Below, one piece after another: positions 31,201 through 47,400 of a DNA stretch of 64,000 nt; the first letter of the stretch is position 1; each line of letters opens with the position of its first letter. Made by a program: the position numbers and the translations under genes. The stretch is from Eledone cirrhosa. Lineage: Eukaryota. The notes under the pieces are model-generated. The model saw only the letters and a list, made by a program, of their open reading frames with translations, ran no database searches and was not told the origin of the DNA. The DNA is taken from NCBI GenBank assembly GCA_964016885.1, contig OZ024750.1, positions 42,904,001 to 42,968,000 of the forward strand, written 5' to 3'.

Positions 31201-34049
31201 ACAGTTGTCATCATCATCGTCATTGTCACCACCACAGTTGTCACCATCATTGTCATTGTCACCACCACAGTTGTCATCATCATTGTCATTGTCACCACCA
31301 CAGTTGTCATCATCATTGTCATTGTCACCACCACAGTTGTCATCATCAATGTCATTGTCACCACCACAGTTGTCATCATCATTGTCACTGTCACCACCAC
31401 AGTTGACATCATCATTGTCATTGTCACCACCACATTTGTCATCATCATTGTCATTGTCACCACCACAGTTGTCATCATCATTGTCACTGTCACCACCACA
31501 GTTGTCATCATCATTGTCATTGTCACCACCACAGTTGTCATCATCATTGTCACTGTCACCACCACAGTTGTCATCATCAATGTCATTGTCACCACCACAG
31601 TTGTCACCATCATTGTCATTGTCACCACCACAGTTGTCATCATCATTGTCACTGTCACCATCACAGTTGTCATCATCATTGTCACTGTAACCACCACAGT
31701 TGTCATCATCATTGTCATTGTCACCACCACAGTTGTCATCATCATTGTCACCACCACAGCTGTCATCATCATTGTCATTGTCACCACCACAGTTGTCATC
31801 ATCATTGTCACTGTCACCACCACAGTTGTCATCATCATTGTCATTGTCACCACCACAGTTGTCATCATCATTGTCATTGTCACCACCACAGCTGTCACCA
31901 TCATTGTCATTGTCACCACCACAGTTGTCATCATCATTGTCATTGTCACCACCACAGCTGTCACCATCATTGTCATTGTCACCACCACAGTTGTCATCAT
32001 CATTGTCACTGTCACCACCACAGTTGTCATCATCATTGTCATTGTCACCACCACAGTTGTCATCATCATTGTCATTGTCACCACCACAGCTGACACCATC
32101 ATTGTCATTGTCACCACCACAGTTGTCATCATCATTGTCATTGTCACCACCACAGCTGTCATCATCATTGTCACTGTCACCACCACAGTTGTCATCATCA
32201 TTGTCACTGTCACCACCACAGTTGTCATCATCCTTGTCATTGTCACCACCACAGTTGTCATCATCATTGTCACTGTCACCACCACAGTTGTCATCATCAT
32301 TGTCACTGTCACCACAACAGTTGTCATCATCATTGTCACTGTCACCACCACAGTTGTCATCATCATTGTCACTGTCACCACCACAGTTGTCATCATCCTT
32401 GTCATTGTCACCACCACAGTTGTCATCATCTTTGTCACTGTCACCACCACAGTTGTCATCATCATCGTCATTGTCACCACCACAGTTGTCATCATCATTG
32501 TCACTGTCACCACCACAGTTGTCATCATCATTGTCACTGTCACCACCACAGTTGTCATCATTATTGTCATTGTCACCACCACAGTTGTCATCATCATTGT
32601 CATTGTCACCACCACAGCTGTCATCATCATTGTCATTGTCACCACCACAGTTGTCATCATCATTGTCATTGTCACCACCACAGCTGTCATCATCATTGTC
32701 ACTGTCACCACCACAGTTGTCATCATCATTGTCACTGTCACCACCACAGTTGTCATCATCATTGTCATTGTCATCACCACAGTTGTCATCATCATTGTCA
32801 CTGTCACCACCACAGTTGTCATCATCATTGTCACTGTCACCACCACAGTTGTCATCATCATTGTCATTGTCACCACCACAGTTGTCATCATCATTGTCAT
32901 TGTCACCACCACAGCTGTCATCATCATTGTCATTGTCACCACCACAGTTGTCATCATCATTGTCATTGTCACCACCACAGTTGTCATCATCATTGTCACT
33001 GTCACCACCACAGTTGTCATCATCATTGTCACAACCACAGCTGTCATCATCATTGTCATTGTCACCACCACAGTTGTCATCATCATTGTCACTGTCACCA
33101 CCACAGTTGTCATCATCATTGTCATTGTCATCACCACAGTTGTCATCATCATTGTCATTGTCACCACCACAGTTGTCATCATCATTGTCACTGTCATCAC
33201 CACAGTTGTCATCATCATTGTCACTGTCACCACCACAGTTGTCATCATCATTGTCATTGTCACCACCACAGTTGTTATCATCATTGTCATTGTCATCACC
33301 ACAGTTGTCATCATCATTGTCATTGTCACCACCACAGTTGTCATCATCATTGTCACTGTCACCACCACAGTTGTCATCATCATTGTCATTGTCACCACCA
33401 CAGTTGTCATCATCATTGTCATTGTCACCACCACAGTTGTCATCATCATTGTCATTGTCACCACCACAGTTGTCATCATCATTGTCATTGTCCCCACCAC
33501 AGTTGTCATCATCATTGTCACTGTCACCACCACAGTTGTCATCATCATTGTCATTGTCACCACCACAGTTGTCATCATCATTGTCATTGTCAGCACCACA
33601 GTTGTCATCATCATTGTCATTGTCACCAACACAGTTGTCATCATCATTGTCATTGTCACCAACACAGTTGTCATCATCATTGTCATTGTCACCAACACAG
33701 TTGTCATCATCATTGTCATTGTCACCACCACAGTTGTCACCACCACAATTGTCATCATCATCGTCATTGTCACCACCACAGTTGTCATCATCATTGTCAT
33801 TGTCACCACCACAGTTGTCATCATCATTGTCACTGTCATCACCACAGTTGTCATCATCATTGTCATCGTCACCACCACAGTTGTCACCACCACAGTTGTC
33901 ATCATCATTGTCATTGTCACCACCACAGTTGTCACCACCACAGTTGTCATCATCATCGTCATTGTCACCACCACAGTTGTCACCATCATTGTCATTGTCA
34001 CCACCACAGTTGTCATCATCATTGTCATTGTCACCACCACAGTTGTCAT

Positions 34050-37000
34050 CATCATTGTCATTGTCACCACCACAGTTGTCATCATCATTGTCACTGTCAC
34101 CACCACAGTTGTCATCATCATTGTCATTGTCACCACCACAGTTGTCATCATCAATGTCATTGTCACCACCACAGTTGTCATCATCATTGTCACTGTCACC
34201 ACCACAGTTGTCATCATCATTGTCATTGTCACCACCACAGTTGTCATCATCATTGTCATTGTCACCACCACAGTTGTCATCATCATTGTCACTGTCACCA
34301 CCACAGTTGTCATCATCATTGTCATTGTCACCACCACAGTTGTCATCATCATTGTCACTGTCACCACCACAGTTGTCATCATCAATGTCATTGTCACCAC
34401 CACAGTTGTCACCATCATTGTCATTGTCACCACCACAGTTGTCATCATCATTGTCACTGTCACCATCACAGTTGTCATCATCATTGTCACTGTAACCACC
34501 ACAGTTATCATCATTGTCATTGTCACCACCACAGTTGTCATCATCATTGTCACCACCACAGCTGTCATCATCATTGTCATTGTCACCACCACAGTTGTCA
34601 CCATCATTGTCATTGTCACCATCACAGTTGTCATCATCATTGTCATTCTCACCACCACAGTTGTCATCATCATTTTCATTGTCATCACCACAGTTGTCAT
34701 CATCATTGTCACTGTCACCACCACAGTTGTCATCATCATTGTCATTGTCACCACCACAGCTGTCATCATCATTGTCATTGTCACCACCACAGTTGTCATC
34801 GTCATTGTCATTGTCATCACCACAGTTGTCATCATTATTGTCATTGTCACCACCACAGTTGTCACCATCATTGTCATTGTCACCACCACAGTTGTCATCA
34901 TCATTGTCTTTGTCACCACCACAGCTGTCATCATCATTGTCACTGTCATCACCACAGTTGTCATCATCATTGTCACTGTCACCACCACAGTTGTCATCAT
35001 CATTGTCATTGTCACCACCACAGTTGTCATCATCATTGTCATTGTCACCACCACAGTTGTCATCATCATTGTCATTGTCACCACCACAGTTGTCATCATC
35101 ATCGTCATTGTCACCACCACAGTTGTCATCATCATTGTCACTGTCACCACCACAGTTGTCATCATCATTGTCATTGTCACCACCACAGTTGTCATCATCA
35201 TTGTCATTGTCACCACCACAGTTGTCATCATCATTGTCACTGTCACCACCACAGTTGTCATCATCATTGTCATTGTCATCATCACAGTTGTCATCATCAT
35301 TGTCATTGTCACCACCACAGTTGTCATCATCATTGTCATTGTCACCAACACAGTTGTCATCATCATTGTCATTGTCACCACCACAGTTGTCACCACCACA
35401 ATTGTCATCATCATCGTCATTGTCACCACCACAGTTGTCATCATCATTGTCATTGTCACCACCACAGTTGTCACCACCACAGTTGTCATCATCATCGTCA
35501 TTGTCACCACCACAGTTGTCACCATCATTGTCATTGTCACCACCACAGTTGTCATCATCATTGTCATTGTCACCACCACAGTTGTCATCATCATTGTCAT
35601 TGTCACCACCACAGTTGTCATCATCAATGTCATTGTCACCACCACAGTTGTCATCATCATTGTCACTGTCACCACCACAGTTGACATCATCATTGTCATT
35701 GTCACCACCACATTTGTCATCATCATTGTCATTGTCACCACCACAGTTGTAATCATCATTGTCACTGTCACCACCACAGTTGTCATTATCATTGTCATTG
35801 TCACCACCACAGTTGTCATCATCATTGTCACTGTCACCACCACAGTTGTCATCATCAATGTCATTGTCACCACCACAGTTGTCACCATCATTGTCATTGT
35901 CACCACCACAGTTGTCATCATCATTGTCATTGTCACCAACACAGTTGTCATCATCATTGTCATTGTCACCACCACAGTTGTCACCACCACAATTGTCATC
36001 ATCATCGTCATTGTCACCACCACAGTTGTCATCATCATTGTCATTGTCACCACCACAGTTGTCATCATCATTGTCACTGTCATCACCACAGTTGTCATCA
36101 TCATTGTCATCGTCACCACCACAGTTGTCACCACCACAGTTGTCATCATCATTGTCATTGTCACCACCACAGTTGTCACCACCACAGTTGTCATCATCAT
36201 CGTCATTGTCACCACCACAGTTGTCACCATCATTGTCATTGTCACCACCACAGTTGTCATCATCATTGTCATTGTCACCACCACAGTTGTCATCATCATT
36301 GTCACTGTCACCACCACAGTTGTCATCATCATTGTCATTGTCACCACCACAGTTGTCATCATCAATGTCATTGTCACCACCACAGTTGTCATCATCATTG
36401 TCACTGTCACCACCACAGTTGTCATCATCATTGTCATTGTCACCACCACAGTTGTCATCATCATTGTCATTGTCACCACCACAGTTGTCATCATCATTGT
36501 CACTGTCACCACCACAGTTGTCATCATCATTGTCATTGTCACCACCACAGTTGTCATCATCATTGTCACTGTCACCACCACAGTTGTCATCATCAATGTC
36601 ATTGTCACCACCACAGTTGTCACCATCATTGTCATTGTCACCACCACAGTTGTCATCATCATTGTCACTGTCACCATCACAGTTGTCATCATCATTGTCA
36701 CTGTAACCACCACAGTTATCATCATTGTCATTGTCACCACCACAGTTGTCATCATCATTGTCACCACCACAGCTGTCATCATCATTGTCATTGTCACCAC
36801 CACAGTTGTCACCATCATTGTCATTGTCACCATCACAGTTGTCATCATCATTGTCATTCTCACCACCACAGTTGTCATCATCATTTTCATTGTCATCACC
36901 ACAGTTGTCATCATCATTGTCACTGTCACCACCACAGTTGTCATCATCATTGTCATTGTCACCACCACAGCTGTCATCATCATTGTCATTGTCACCACCA

Positions 37001-38480
37001 CAGTTGTCATCGTCATTGTCATTGTCATCACCACAGTTGTCATCATTATTGTCATTGTCACCACCACAGTTGTCACCATCATTGTCATTGTCACCACCAC
37101 AGTTGTCATCATCATTGTCTTTGTCACCACCACAGCTGTCATCATCATTGTCACTGTCATCACCACAGTTGTCATCATCATTGTCACTGTCACCACCACA
37201 GTTGTCATCATCATTGTCATTGTCACCACCACAGTTGTCATCATCATTGTCATTGTCACCACCACAGTTGTCATCATCATTGTCATTGTCACCACCACAG
37301 TTGTCATCATCATCGTCATTGTCACCACCACAGTTGTCATCATCATTGTCACTGTCACCACCACAGTTGTCATCATCATTGTCATTGTCACCACCACAGT
37401 TGTCATCATCATTGTCATTGTCACCACCACAGTTGTCATCATCATTGTCACTGTCACCACCACAGTTGTCATCATCATTGTCATTGTCATCATCACAGTT
37501 GTCATCATCATTGTCATTGTCACCACCACAGTTGTCATCATCATTGTCATTGTCACCAACACAGTTGTCATCATCATTGTCATTGTCACCACCACAGTTG
37601 TCACCACCACAATTGTCATCATCATCGTCATTGTCACCACCACAGTTGTCATCATCATTGTCATTGTCACCACCACAGTTGTCACCACCACAGTTGTCAT
37701 CATCATCGTCATTGTCACCACCACAGTTGTCACCATCATTGTCATTGTCACCACCACAGTTGTCATCATCATTGTCATTGTCACCACCACAGTTGTCATC
37801 ATCATTGTCATTGTCACCACCACAGTTGTCATCATCAATGTCATTGTCACCACCACAGTTGTCATCATCATTGTCACTGTCACCACCACAGTTGACATCA
37901 TCATTGTCATTGTCACCACCACATTTGTCATCATCATTGTCATTGTCACCACCACAGTTGTAATCATCATTGTCACTGTCACCACCACAGTTGTCATTAT
38001 CATTGTCATTGTCACCACCACAGTTGTCATCATCATTGTCACTGTCACCACCACAGTTGTCATCATCAATGTCATTGTCACCACCACAGTTGTCACCATC
38101 ATTGTCATTGTCACCACCACAGTTGTCATCATCATTGTCATTGTCACCAACACAGTTGTCATCATCATTGTCATTGTCACCACCACAGTTGTCACCACCA
38201 CAATTGTCATCATCATCGTCATTGTCACCACCACAGTTGTCATCATCATTGTCATTGTCACCACCACAGTTGTCATCATCATTGTCACTGTCATCACCAC
38301 AGTTGTCATCATCATTGTCATCGTCACCACCACAGTTGTCACCACCACAGTTGTCATCATCATTGTCATTGTCACCACCACAGTTGTCACCACCACAGTT
38401 GTCATCATCATCGTCATTGTCACCACCACAGTTGTCACCATCATTGTCATTGTCACCACCACAGTTGTCATCATCATTGT
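34050..38480. repeat. Higher-order tandem duplication within the satellite, period 2211 bp (67 x 33; boundaries approximate)
   Basis: Identical 412-aa pseudo-ORFs at 34514 and 36725. The TTGTAATC marker gives breakpoints at 35759 and 37970. Confidence 0.9.
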
Positions 38481-41400
38481 CATTGTCACCACCACAGTTG
38501 TCATCATCATTGTCATTGTCACCACCACAGTTGTCATCATCAATGTCATTGTCACCACCACAGTTGTCATCATCATTGTCACTGTCACCACCACAGTTGA
38601 CATCATCATTGTCATTGTCACCACCACATTTGTCATCATCATTGTCATTGTCACCACCACAGTTGTCATCATCATTGTCACTGTCACCACCACAGTTGTC
38701 ATCATCATTGTCATTGTCACCACCACAGTTGTCATCATCATTGTCACTGTCACCACCACAGTTGTCATCATCAATGTCATTGTCACCACCACAGTTGTCA
38801 CCATCATTGTCATTGTCACCACCACAGTTGTCATCATCATTGTCACTGTCACCATCACAGTTGTCATCATCATTGTCACTGTAACCACCACAGTTGTCAT
38901 CATCATTGTCATTGTCACCACCACAGTTGTCATCATCATTGTCACCACCACAGCTGTCATCATCATTGTCATTGTCACCACCACAGTTGTCATCATCATT
39001 GTCACTGTCACCACCACAGTTGTCATCATCATTGTCATTGTCACCACCACAGTTGTCATCATCATTGTCATTGTCACCACCACAGCTGTCACCATCATTG
39101 TCATTGTCACCACCACAGTTGTCATCATCATTGTCATTGTCACCACCACAGCTGTCACCATCATTGTCATTGTCACCACCACAGTTGTCATCATCATTGT
39201 CACTGTCACCACCACAGTTGTCATCATCATTGTCATTGTCACCACCACAGTTGTCATCATCATTGTCATTGTCACCACCACAGCTGACACCATCATTGTC
39301 ATTGTCACCACCACAGTTGTCATCATCATTGTCATTGTCACCACCACAGCTGTCATCATCATTGTCACTGTCACCACCACAGTTGTCATCATCATTGTCA
39401 CTGTCACCACCACAGTTGTCATCATCCTTGTCATTGTCACCACCACAGTTGTCATCATCATTGTCACTGTCACCACCACAGTTGTCATCATCATTGTCAC
39501 TGTCACCACAACAGTTGTCATCATCATTGTCACTGTCACCACCACAGTTGTCATCATCATTGTCACTGTCACCACCACAGTTGTCATCATCCTTGTCATT
39601 GTCACCACCACAGTTGTCATCATCATTGTCACTGTCACCACCACAGTTGTCATCATCATCGTCATTGTCACCACCACAGTTGTCATCATCATTGTCACTG
39701 TCACCACCACAGTTGTCATCATCATTGTCACTGTCACCACCACAGTTGTCATCATTATTGTCATTGTCACCACCACAGTTGTCATCATCATTGTCATTGT
39801 CACCACCACAGCTGTCATCATCATTGTCATTGTCACCACCACAGTTGTCATCATCATTCTCATTGTCACCACCACAGCTGTCATCATCATTGTCACTGTC
39901 ACCACCACAGTTGTCATCATCATTGTCACTGTCACCACCACAGTTGTCATCATCATTGTCATTGTCATCACCACAGTTGTCATCATCATTGTCACTGTCA
40001 CCACCACAGTTGTCATCATCATTGTCACTGTCACCACCACAGTTGTCATCATCATTGTCATTGTCACCACCACAGTTGTCATCATCATTGTCATTGTCAC
40101 CACCACAGCTGTCATCATCATTGTCATTGTCACCACCACAGTTGTCATCATCATTGTCATTGTCACCACCACAGTTGTCATCATCATTGTCACTGTCACC
40201 ACCACAGTTGTCATCATCATTGTCACCACCACAGCTGTCATCATCATTGTCATTGTCACCACCACAGTTGTCATCATCATTGTCACTGTCACCACCACAG
40301 TTGTCATCATCATTGTCATTGTCATCACCACAGTTGTCATCATCATTGTCATTGTCACCACCACAGTTGTCATCATCATTGTCACTGTCATCACCACAGT
40401 TGTCATCATCATTGTCACTGTCACCACCACAGTTGTCATCATCATTGTCATTGTCACCACCACAGTTGTCATCATCATCGTCATTGTCACCACCACAGTT
40501 GTCATCATCATTGTCACTGTCACCACCACAGTTGTCATCATCATTGTCATTGTCATCACCACAGTTGTCATCATCATTGTCATTGTCACCACCACAGTTG
40601 TCATCATCATTGTCATTGTCACCACCACAGTTGTCATCATCATTGTCATTGTCACCACCACAGTTGTCATCATCATTGTCATTGTCACCACCACAGTTGT
40701 CATCATCATCGTCATTGTCACCACCACAGTTGTCATCATCATTGTCACTGTCACCACCACAGTTGTCATCATCATTGTCATTGTCACCACCACAGTTGTC
40801 ATCATCATTGTCATTGTCACCACCACAGTTGTCATCATCATTGTCACTGTCACCACCACAGTTGTCATCATCATTGTCATTGTCATCATCACAGTTGTCA
40901 TCATCATTGTCATTGTCACCACCACAGTTGTCATCATCATTGTCATTGTCACCAACACAGTTGTCATCATCATTGTCATTGTCACCACCACAGTTGTCAC
41001 CACCACAATTGTCATCATCATCGTCATTGTCACCACCACAGTTGTCATCATCATTGTCATTGTCACCACCACAATTGTCATCATCATTGTCACTGTCATC
41101 ACCACAGTTGTCATCATCATTGTCATCGTCACCACCACAGTTGTCACCACCACAGTTGTCATCATCATTGTCATTGTCACCACCACAGTTGTCACCACCA
41201 CAGTTGTCATCATCATCGTCATTGTCACCACCACAGTTGTCACCATCATTGTCATTGTCACCACCACAGTTGTCATCATCATTGTCATTGTCACCACCAC
41301 AGTTGTCATCATCATTGTCATTGTCACCACCACAGTTGTCATCATCAATGTCATTGTCACCACCACAGTTGTCATCATCATTGTCACTGTCACCACCACA

Positions 41401-44400
41401 GTTGACATCATCATTGTCATTGTCACCACCACATTTGTCATCATCATTGTCATTGTCACCACCACAGTTGTCATCATCATTGTCACTGTCACCACCACAG
41501 TTGTCATCATCATTGTCATTGTCACCACCACAGTTGTCATCATCATTGTCACTGTCACCAGCACAGTTGTCATCATCAATGTCATTGTCACCACCACAGT
41601 TGTCACCATCATTGTCATTGTCACCACCACAGTTGTCATCATCATTGTCACTGTCACCATCACAGTTGTCATCATCATTGTCACTGTAACCACCACAGTT
41701 GTCATCATCATTGTCATTGTCACCACCACAGTTGTCATCATCATTGTCACCACCACAGCTGTCATCATCATTGTCATTGTCACCACCACAGTTGTCATCA
41801 TCATTGTCACTGTCACCACCACAGTTGTCATCATCATTGTCATTGTCACCACCACAGTTGTCATCATCATTGTCATTGTCACCACCACAGCTGTCACCAT
41901 CATTGTCATTGTCACCACCACAGTTGTCATCATCATTGTCATTGTCACCACCACAGCTGTCACCATCATTGTCATTGTCACCACCACAGTTGTCATCATC
42001 ATTGTCACTGTCACCACCACAGTTGTCATCATCATTGTCATTGTCACCACCACAGTTGTCATCATCATTGTCATTGTCACCACCACAGCTGACACCATCA
42101 TTGTCATTGTCACCACCACAGTTGTCATCATCATTGTCATTGTCACCACCACAGCTGTCATCATCATTGTCACTGTCACCACCACAGTTGTCATCATCAT
42201 TGTCACTGTCACCACCACAGTTGTCATCATCCTTGTCATTGTCACCACCACAGTTGTCATCATCATTGTCACTGTCACCACCACAGTTGTCATCATCATT
42301 GTCACTGTCACCACAACAGTTGTCATCATCATTGTCACTGTCACCACCACAGTTGTCATCATCATTGTCACTGTCACCACCACAGTTGTCATCATCCTTG
42401 TCATTGTCACCACCACAGTTGTCATCATCATTGTCACTGTCACCACCACAGTTGTCATCATCATCGTCATTGTCACCACCACAGTTGTCATCATCATTGT
42501 CACTGTCACCACCACAGTTGTCATCATCATTGTCACTGTCACCACCACAGTTGTCATCATTATTGTCATTGTCACCACCACAGTTGTCATCATCATTGTC
42601 ATTGTCACCACCACAGCTGTCATCATCATTGTCATTGTCACCACCACAGTTGTCATCATCATTGTCATTGTCACCACCACAGCTGTCATCATCATTGTCA
42701 CTGTCACCACCACAGTTGTCATCATCATTGTCACTGTCACCACCACAGTTGTCATCATCATTGTCATTGTCATCACCACAGTTGTCATCATCATTGTCAC
42801 TGTCACCACCACAGTTGTCATCATCATTGTCACTGTCACCACCACAGTTGTCATCATCATTGTCATTGTCACCACCACAGTTGTCATCATCATTGTCATT
42901 GTCACCACCACAGCTGTCATCATCATTGTCATTGTCACCACCACAGTTGTCATCATCATTGTCATTGTCACCACCACAGTTGTCATCATCATTGTCACTG
43001 TCACCACCACAGTTGTCATCATCATTGTCATTGTCACCACCACAGTTGTCATCATCATTGTCACTGTCACCACCACAGTTGTCATCATCAATGACATTGT
43101 CACCACCACAGTTGTCACCATCATTGTCATTGTCACCACCACAGTTGTCATCATCATTGTCACTGTCACCATCACAGTTGTCATCATCATTGTCACTGTA
43201 ACCACCACAGTTATCATCATTGTCATTGTCACCACCACAGTTGTCATCATCATTGTCACCATCACAGCTGTCATCATCATTGTCATTGTCACCACCACAG
43301 TTGTCACCATCATTGTCATTGTCACCATCACAGTTGTCATCATCATTGTCATTCTCACCACCACAGTTGTCATCATCATTTTCATTGTCATCACCACAGT
43401 TGTCATCATCATTGTCACTGTCACCACCACAGTTGTCATCATCATTGTCATTGTCACCACCACAGCTGTCATCATCATTGTCATTGTCACCACCACAGTT
43501 GTCATCGTCATTGTCATTGTCATCACCACAGTTGTCATCATTATTGTCATTGTCACCACCACAGTTGTCACCATCATTGTCATTGTCACCACCACAGTTG
43601 TCATCATCATTGTCTTTGTCACCACCACAGCTGTCATCATCATTGTCACTGTCATCACCACAGTTGTCATCATCATTGTCACTGTCACCACCACAGTTGT
43701 CATCATCATTGTCATTGTCACCACCACAGTTGTCATCATCATTGTCATTGTCTCCACCACAGTTGTCATCATCATTGTCATTGTCACCACCACAGTTGTC
43801 ATCATCATCGTCATTGTCACCACCACAGTTGTCATCATCATTGTCACTGTCACCACCACAGTTGTCATCATCATTGTCATTGTCACCACCACAGTTGTCA
43901 TCATCATTGTCATTGTCACCACCACAGTTGTCATCATCATTGTCACTGTCACCACCACAGTTGTCATCATCATTGTCATTGTCATCATCACAGTTGTCAT
44001 CATCATTGTCATTGTCACCACCACAGTTGTCATCATCATTGTCATTGTCACCAACACAGTTGTCATCATCATTGTCATTGTCACCACCACAGTTGTCACC
44101 ACCACAATTGTCATCATCATCGTCATTGTCACCACCACAGTTGTCATCATCATTGTCATTGTCACCACCACAGTTGTCATCATCATTGTCACTGTCATCA
44201 CCACAGTTGTCATCATCATTGTCATCGTCACCACCACAGTTGTCACCACCACAGTTGTCATCATCATTGTCATTGTCACCACCACAGTTGTCACCACCAC
44301 AGTTGTCATCATCATCGTCATTGTCACCACCACAGTTGTCACCATCATTGTCATTGTCACCACCACAGTTGTCATCATCATTGTCATTGTCACCACCACA

Positions 44401-47400
44401 GTTGTCATCATCATTGTCATTGTCACCACCACAGTTGTCATCATCAATGTCATTGTCACCACCACAGTTGTCATCATCATTGTCACTGTCACCACCACAG
44501 TTGACATCATCATTGTCATTGTCACCACCACATTTGTCATCATCATTGTCATTGTCACCACCACAGTTGTCATCATCATTGTCACTGTCACCACCACAGT
44601 TGTCATCATCATTGTCATTGTCACCACCACAGTTGTCATCATCATTGTCACTGTCACCACCACAGTTGTCATCATCAATGTCATTGTCACCACCACAGTT
44701 GTCACCATCATTGTCATTGTCACCACCACAGTTGTCATCATCATTGTCACTGTCACCATCACAGTTGTCATCATCATTGTCACTGTAACCACCACAGTTG
44801 TCATCATCATTGTCATTGTCACCACCACAGTTGTCATCATCATTGTCACCACCACAGCTGTCATCATCATTGTCATTGTCACCACCACAGTTGTCATCAT
44901 CATTGTCACTGTCACCACCACAGTTGTCATCATCATTGTCATTGTCACCACCACAGTTGTCATCATCATTGTCATTGTCACCACCACAGCTGTCACCATC
45001 ATTGTCATTGTCACCACCACAGTTGTCATCATCATTGTCATTGTCACCACCACAGCTGTCACCATCATTGTCATTGTCACCACCACAGTTGTCATCATCA
45101 TTGTCACTGTCACCACCACAGTTGTCATCATCATTGTCATTGTCACCACCACAGTTGTCATCATCATTGTCATTGTCACCACCACAGCTGACACCATCAT
45201 TGTCATTGTCACCACCACAGTTGTCATCATCATTGTCATTGTCACCACCACAGCTGTCATCATCATTGTCACTGTCACCACCACAGTTGTCATCATCATT
45301 GTCACTGTCACCACCACAGTTGTCATCATCCTTGTCATTGTCACCACCACAGTTGTCATCATCATTGTCACTGTCACCACCACAGTTGTCATCATCATTG
45401 TCACTGTCACCACAACAGTTGTCATCATCATTGTCACTGTCACCACCACAGTTGTCATCATCATTGTCACTGTCACCACCACAGTTGTCATCATCCTTGT
45501 CATTGTCACCACCACAGTTGTCATCATCATTGTCACTGTCACAACCACAGTTGTCATCATCATCGTCATTGTCACCACCACAGTTGTCATCATCATTGTC
45601 ACTGTCACCACCACAGTTGTCATCATCATTGTCACTGTCACCACCACAGTTGTCATCATTATTGTCATTGTCACCACCACAGTTGTCATCATCATTGTCA
45701 TTGTCACCACCACAGCTGTCATCATCATTGTCATTGTCACCACCACAGTTGTCATCATCATTGTCATTGTCACCACCACAGCTGTCATCATCATTGTCAC
45801 TGTCACCACCACAGTTGTCATCATCATTGTCACTGTCACCACCACAGTTGTCATCATCATTGTCATTGTCATCACCACAGTTGTCATCATCATTGTCACT
45901 GTCACCACCACAGTTGTCATCATCATTGTCACTGTCACCACCACAGTTGTCATCATCATTGTCATTGTCACCACCACAGTTGTCATCATCATTGTCATTG
46001 TCACCACCACAGTTGTCATCATCATTGTCACTGTCACCACCACAGTTGTCATCATCATTGTCATTGTCATCACCACAGTTGTCATCATCATTGTCACTGT
46101 CACCACCACAGTTGTCATCATCATTGTCACTGTCACCACCACAGTTGTCATCATCATTGTCATTGTCACCACCACAGTTGTCATCATCATTGTCATTGTC
46201 ACCACCACAGTTGTCATCATCATTGTCATTGTCACCACCACAGTTGTCATCATCATTGTCATTGTCACCACCACAGTTGTCATCATCAATGTCATTGTCA
46301 CCACCACAGTTGTCATCATCATTGTCACTGTCACCACCACAGTTGACATCATCATTGTCATTGTCACCACCACATTTGTCATCATCATTGTCATTGTCAC
46401 CACCACAGTTGTCATCATCATTGTCACTGTCACCACCACAGTTGTCATCATCATTGTCATTGTCACCACCACAGTTGTCATCATCATTGTCACTGTCACC
46501 ACCACAGTTGTCATCATCAATGTCATTGTCACCACCACAGTTGTCACCATCATTGTCATTGTCACCACCACAGTTGTCATCATCATTGTCACTGTCACCA
46601 TCACAGTTGTCATCATCATTGTCACTGTAACCACCACAGTTGTCATCATCATTGTCATTGTCACCACCACAGTTGTCATCATCATTGTCACCACCACAGC
46701 TGTCATCATCATTGTCATTGTCACCACCACAGTTGTCATCATCATTGTCACTGTCACCACCACAGTTGTCATCATCATTGTCATTGTCACCACCACAGTT
46801 GTCATCATCATTGTCATTGTCACCACCACAGCTGTCACCATCATTGTCATTGTCACCACCACAGTTGTCATCATCATTGTCATTGTCACCACCACAGCTG
46901 TCACCATCATTGTCATTGTCACCACCACAGTTGTCATCATCATTGTCACTGTCACCACCACAGTTGTCATCATCATTGTCATTGTCACCACCACAGTTGT
47001 CATCATCATTGTCATTGTCACCACCACAGCTGACACCATCATTGTCATTGTCACCACCACAGTTGTCATCATCATTGTCATTGTCACCACCACAGCTGTC
47101 ATCATCATTGTCACTGTCACCACCACAGTTGTCATCATCATTGTCACTGTCACCACCACAGTTGTCATCATCCTTGTCATTGTCACCACCACAGTTGTCA
47201 TCATCATTGTCACTGTCACCACCACAGTTGTCATCATCATTGTCACTGTCACCACAACAGTTGTCATCATCATTGTCACTGTCACCACCACAGTTGTCAT
47301 CATCATTGTCACTGTCACCACCACAGTTGTCATCATCCTTGTCATTGTCACCACCACAGTTGTCATCATCATTGTCACTGTCACAACCACAGTTGTCATC

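Noticed and set aside
16388-46640. Same 1842-bp offset in two distant duplications (16388/18230 and 44798/46640)
   Set aside because: 1842 = 55 x 33 + 27. The blocks carry different markers and possible lengths are quantised, so this is probably coincidence.
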